Positions 59,514-64,000 of a stretch of 64,000 nt of DNA are shown one piece after another (the first letter of the stretch is position 1; the number at the start of each line of letters is the position of its first letter). The stretch comes from a virus. Its lineage: Duplodnaviria; Caudoviricetes. The position numbers and the translations under genes are program-made. The notes beneath the pieces were generated by a model. That model did not search any database. It was not told where the DNA came from and worked only from the letters and a program-made list of their open reading frames with translations. The DNA lies in the IMG/VR virus record IMGVR_UViG_3300035501_000350, positions 32,001-96,000 of that record. One strand, written 5' to 3'.

Positions 59514-61052
59514 ATGGCTACAAACAATTATAACGACCAATTTGAGCTTGGTCGTATTCCTCTTAAGCCTTTAGCATATAGTAGTAAGAATCTTGCTAGT
59601 ACTAATGAACTCATAGTAGATTACTCTGGAGATAATCCTACATACAGAATATATATCTCTGATAAAGATGATGTAAGTAAACTCCATGATCTTACATATG
59701 AGATTGCTCAGGATATTATTAATTCTGATATATCTGCTGATCCTAGCAAATTGAAGATTGATCTTGAGGGTGTAGATGAGCCTGAGGATCTTAAGTTTCT
59801 TATGAATTTCATTTATAAGAGGTTAATATATGCTGAAAATGCTAATGGATTTAGATACGATAGAGATATAACTAAAGTATTAGATGAGACATCAAAGAAT
59901 ACATTACTTACCAATACAGATGGAACTATTATATTACCTGTAACAACAACAGATAATGTTCTAGATAAGTCTGGGCAGACTATATCTGATCGTCTTGCTA
60001 ATATGGTTAGCACTGGCATTAACCATTATACTATTACACCAGAAGTAGATTCTCAAGCAGAGTTTGATATTACTCTACCATATTCTAACTATGATGGATA
60101 TCTTGAAATTTATGTGGATGGATTATTAATTCCTGAAGATGATTATACATCTACTGTAGATGAAGATGATAATGAGATTCTTGTAGTATCGTTAACTAAT
60201 AATGATCTTATCAATAGTATTACTACAGAATCTAAGATTCATGTTGTATTCATCTACAATACTCTTATGACTGGAACTGGAAGATATGAAAAGCTTAATG
60301 GCGCTAGTATATCTAATAACTCTATTAGCACTAGAAAACTTGCGAGAGTATCTGACTCTTATACCTTTAACAATAAGAATACTGTTGCTACGTCTGCGGC
60401 TGTGTACAATCTCTATACTTATGTGGCTGATAAATTAGATGGTTCTGCAGACAATATGATTTATGCATTAGACTCCTCTACTGATAATGGCACTATTATT
60501 ATATCTACATCTAAGGATTTTGTTAATGATACTGAGCCATTTATTGTTGAGGTTGCTCTGCATAGCAATAAACTATCTGAAGTAGTATTAATGATTCAAT
60601 CTACAACCACTGTTACTACAGAATCTAATACAGAAGAAACTACAGATGAAGGAGATGCTGCTGTTATTAGTGATGATTCTGATACATCTGAAGTTGCAAC
60701 AACCAATGTATATGATTTAGTATATCCAGATGGAACCAGATTAACCAGAGGATTGTCTGCAAATAGAGTAATGAAGCTCATGATTCTTAATGAATATAAT
60801 GAAGCAGTAATTATCTCTTCTGGTATGAATGCTCCTAAGAGCACTAGGTATATTTATACATGCGCTGATAGAGAAACAGATATTCCTTATTCGGCATTAG
60901 ATCATAATACAGATGATCTTATCAATGTATATCGTAATGGAGTTAGATTATTTGAAGATTTGGATTATTACATTGATACGGTTAATGAATTCATAACTCT
61001 ATTTGAACGTACAGAAAAAGATGAGAAGATTATATTTGAAGCATTGAGCTGA
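59514..61052 (+). CDS. Virion structural protein
   Basis: ILPVTTTDNV, IYVDGLLI and VYRNGVRL beta repeats; promoter motif at 59480-59491. Confidence 0.6.
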   Translation: MATNNYNDQFELGRIPLKPLAYSSKNLASTNELIVDYSGDNPTYRIYISDKDDVSKLHDLTYEIAQDIINSDISADPSKLKIDLEGVDEPEDLKFLMNFIYKRLIYAENANGFRYDRDITKVLDETSKNTLLTNTDGTIILPVTTTDNVLDKSGQTISDRLANMVSTGINHYTITPEVDSQAEFDITLPYSNYDGYLEIYVDGLLIPEDDYTSTVDEDDNEILVVSLTNNDLINSITTESKIHVVFIYNTLMTGTGRYEKLNGASISNNSISTRKLARVSDSYTFNNKNTVATSAAVYNLYTYVADKLDGSADNMIYALDSSTDNGTIIISTSKDFVNDTEPFIVEVALHSNKLSEVVLMIQSTTTVTTESNTEETTDEGDAAVISDDSDTSEVATTNVYDLVYPDGTRLTRGLSANRVMKLMILNEYNEAVIISSGMNAPKSTRYIYTCADRETDIPYSALDHNTDDLINVYRNGVRLFEDLDYYIDTVNEFITLFERTEKDEKIIFEALS

Positions 61053-61099
61053 CTACAATTACCCCAGGTGGATTTAACCACCTGGGGATTGTGTTTCGC

Positions 61100-62056
61100 T
61101 TAGAAGTACAGAGTATAGAGTAAGCTTACACTCTTAGATGTAGTACTGAGAATCTCGTTAGGGATATTGACTAAACTAAATGGTCTAATATCTTGGAAAT
61201 CCTCAATCTCATAAGTACTCATACTACCAGTTCTATTAAGCTTAGTAACTTCAGTAGTCTTAGTCCATGCTGTTACTAAAGAGATCTGATTGATCTTAGC
61301 ATTCTCAAGACCTTTATGAGTAATAAAATAATCACGGCAATCATCTTTAGTAATCTTCAAGTGAAGCTCTACATAAGACTGTGCTTTATCTGCAGATGCA
61401 GTATTAGAGTATACAGTCTCTGGAGTAACAGTATCAGAAAAGCTACCAATAGAGGTAACAAAGTTCTGTACTAAGTTAGGAGTATTAGAAAACCCCTTAA
61501 AGTAATATGCTACTCTGTTCTGCCCATTAGATAAAGTGAGACTCTTCTTACCGTGGTACACGTCTTCAGGAACATCATCTGCGCTAGCAAGAGGATATCT
61601 AAAGGGCACCAGATTATCAGGAGTGATCCACTCGCAATAATTAACAGAGAATACATCAGAAGGATCTAATCCAGCCCCTCCCTGTCCAACACAGAAGCCA
61701 ATAATCTTACGCTGAGATTCATCAGGAATAGAACCAATGGTATTACCATCATTATCCTTGATGATTGCTGTGGGATATGTAGTACCACTAGCAGCATTAT
61801 CTAAGCTAAGAATGCTATCATATGTTGGTGTGGCATCAAGACAGTTACGATCAAGATCAAATGCTTTCATAGCCATGAATGCAGATCCAGCAATAACAGT
61901 CTTATTATGCAGAGGGCCAAAGATCAACTCTCCAGCATCATTATAAACTTCAATCTTGCTATTAACACGCTGAACACTATGATCTATAGGATTAGTATTA
62001 AGATTTACGTTATCGTTAGGTCTATAATATTCAGGTATATGCATTATCTTATCCAT
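61100..62056 (-). CDS. Baseplate/tail structural protein (putative)
   Basis: HNKTV...FCVGQGG...INQISL pattern; downstream of a large baseplate-like gene. Confidence 0.5.
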   Translation of the reverse strand: MDKIMHIPEYYRPNDNVNLNTNPIDHSVQRVNSKIEVYNDAGELIFGPLHNKTVIAGSAFMAMKAFDLDRNCLDATPTYDSILSLDNAASGTTYPTAIIKDNDGNTIGSIPDESQRKIIGFCVGQGGAGLDPSDVFSVNYCEWITPDNLVPFRYPLASADDVPEDVYHGKKSLTLSNGQNRVAYYFKGFSNTPNLVQNFVTSIGSFSDTVTPETVYSNTASADKAQSYVELHLKITKDDCRDYFITHKGLENAKINQISLVTAWTKTTEVTKLNRTGSMSTYEIEDFQDIRPFSLVNIPNEILSTTSKSVSLLYTLYF

Positions 62057-64000
62057 CTAACAAATCCCTCCATTCTATATAATCGCCTGTAAGATGATTA
62101 ATCTCATCTATAACCTGCGCAGGATAAACAGATTGGTCATCTTCATCTGTGGTTATAATCATATCATTACCATTCTCATATCTAAATCCAGCATTAGACG
62201 ACGAGATAGTAAGTATATTATCATCTGTATTAACAATGATTCCATCATCATCAAATATAAGATGAAGCATGGTGTTATTATCAGTGTACTCAATTCTGCT
62301 TCCAGATCTAGAAATGATTCTTATTCTATCCCTTGGAGCTAAATGCTCATTTGCTTCCATTACAGGATCGCATAGATCATATAGATCAGTATACTTTGTC
62401 CCTGATACATTAGTACCATCCAATGGATTTACTTTAACTGTATCATGGATATAAGCATTACCCTTAAGAAAATCAATTCTTATCTTAGGATCTTTAGTCT
62501 CTAAAGCCCTAACAGTATTCTCAAATCCATCTCCAAGCTTATATACAGTGTTGATACCAAGTAAGTGAACCTTCCAAGATTTAAACCAGTTTATAAGCTT
62601 AGTGATATACTGCTGAATGTAGTTAGCACTCACTGCAGGGAAGTAGGAATATAAGAATCCATATGAGTATGTATCAATGTAAGTATCAAGAGCATAAGTA
62701 ACTTCAATGATCTCATTTGCTATCTCTGAGTGCATCGCATCTGGATCAAGAGTTTTAAATCTACTAAGACGTGCATAGAGAACAGCATCGCGATTCTCTA
62801 GAAATTCAGTATACGTTTTAGCATATGTATCTTCTCCAATTTTAAATGCTTCCTTATTGTATTTAGAGGTCATAAGAGAATCATACAGCTTCTTGTATAT
62901 CTGGTACTTTCTATAATCGCTTTCATTAGCCATCAATTCGCAAAGATATTTATAGATGGCTTCATTGGTATTATACAATCTCATGAGAGTATCATAAGAA
63001 GTAATATCTTGAGCAATGAAATTATCAGAGTAAGCCTTTACGAATTTGATATTACTTACGATTACCATATCACCAACACTAATTGGGAAATTATCAAAAT
63101 CGTAAATAATAAATCTTATTTCAGGATGCTCTATTTCATTAGCCACAAACACATGGGATACATAGAACTTCTCTCCTCTAGAGACTTCATAGATTCTATC
63201 ATTAATAGAACTAACAGAATCATCTGCTGTATTATAGATTTGAATCTTACCAGTGAAGTTCGTCTCTACATAGAAAGACATGTAATATTTATTACCCTTC
63301 TCTAGAGCCACATCTCCAATGTAAGCAGATGATTCCATATAGAATCCAGAGCCTACAGGATCAGATTCTTTCTCTTCTGTTTCAGCAGATACGCTTCCGG
63401 GTTTATGATAGTACCAAGTGTTCTCTCCAGACATAGCGCTATATTCTTCATCTACATCTCCAGGAGGATAATAGAACCAGTCATTCTCATCCCATACATT
63501 GTCTGTTACTTCAGGGTTATACTTACCAATTTCATATAGCTCATTAGCATCAGAAGAAGTAATGGCTCTATTAAATACAACAACCATCATCTGAGTTTCA
63601 GCATATGTTGCATTATTCAGTAAGGCAGTGACATACTCAGGATCACTATTATAAACAAATCTCTTTACAGGATCTTCTGTTATAATATATTCATAACCCC
63701 GAAGTTCTAATACATCGTAATCATTATCGCCACGGAGGATCAATACTTTAGTTGCGCCTTTGGTGGAAGAATACATGAGATAAGAAGCAAAGTTCTTTAC
63801 CACAAGAGCATATACTCCATCAGAGTTCATATAGTAACAGTTGTTAGGAGACAGCAATTCATCTTCAGGAATATAGGTCTTAGTAGCAGGGTCATAAATA
63901 TACAACTCGCTAGAGATATTCCACTTATTCTCTTGGTATACGTCATTAAGTTTTCTAAAATAACGAACCTCACCATCAAGAGTAGTATCAGATATTTCTG
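62049..64000 (-). CDS. Large baseplate-like protein (5' end outside window)
   Basis: Frame stays open from 63905 to the window edge; LINWFKSWKVH motif. Confidence 0.55.
   Translation of the reverse strand, partial: EISDTTLDGEVRYFRKLNDVYQENKWNISSELYIYDPATKTYIPEDELLSPNNCYYMNSDGVYALVVKNFASYLMYSSTKGATKVLILRGDNDYDVLELRGYEYIITEDPVKRFVYNSDPEYVTALLNNATYAETQMMVVVFNRAITSSDANELYEIGKYNPEVTDNVWDENDWFYYPPGDVDEEYSAMSGENTWYYHKPGSVSAETEEKESDPVGSGFYMESSAYIGDVALEKGNKYYMSFYVETNFTGKIQIYNTADDSVSSINDRIYEVSRGEKFYVSHVFVANEIEHPEIRFIIYDFDNFPISVGDMVIVSNIKFVKAYSDNFIAQDITSYDTLMRLYNTNEAIYKYLCELMANESDYRKYQIYKKLYDSLMTSKYNKEAFKIGEDTYAKTYTEFLENRDAVLYARLSRFKTLDPDAMHSEIANEIIEVTYALDTYIDTYSYGFLYSYFPAVSANYIQQYITKLINWFKSWKVHLLGINTVYKLGDGFENTVRALETKDPKIRIDFLKGNAYIHDTVKVNPLDGTNVSGTKYTDLYDLCDPVMEANEHLAPRDRIRIISRSGSRIEYTDNNTMLHLIFDDDGIIVNTDDNILTISSSNAGFRYENGNDMIITTDEDDQSVYPAQVIDEINHLTGDYIEWRDLLDG

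Noticed and set aside
1-64000. Stop-codon reassignment
   Set aside because: Conserved genes are full length in the standard code, and TAA, TAG and TGA all terminate genes.
1-64000. Chimallin/PhuZ phage-nucleus genes
   Set aside because: None were recognisable by eye here; they cannot be excluded among the hypothetical proteins or elsewhere in the genome.

Overview
This AT-rich, densely coding window is best read as part of a jumbo phage of the PBS1/AR9-phiKZ type, probably infecting an anaerobic Firmicute (strong AGGAGG RBSs, CHAP-SH3b lysin, LL-H-like holin, NrdDG, Spo0A-like domain). It encodes two split RNA polymerase beta' subunits (one with DFDGD), GyrA/GyrB-type topoisomerase subunits, DnaB and Dda/RecD-like helicases, an Mre11/SbcD nuclease, thymidylate kinase, a PD-(D/E)XK nuclease, an HNH-AP2 endonuclease, a tyrosine recombinase, and fibre, baseplate and lysis proteins. 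A promoter-like motif NACA-N6-T(A/G), matching the AR9 late-promoter consensus, precedes about 20 genes. The most unusual element is a non-coding array at 40.0-40.8 kb with five units. Each unit has its own promoter motif, a variable structured RNA with anti-Shine-Dalgarno-like tracts, and an identical hairpin of about 11-6-11 bp. A dispersed sixth member lies at 11.7-11.85 kb and a longer structured RNA candidate at 39.8 kb. The array sits beside Spo0A-like, multi-HTH and tyrosine recombinase genes. A separate 22-bp inverted repeat at 5.05-5.42 kb brackets a promoter-containing segment between divergent genes and may be an invertible switch. All family calls come from motif recognition by eye; no database search was run.
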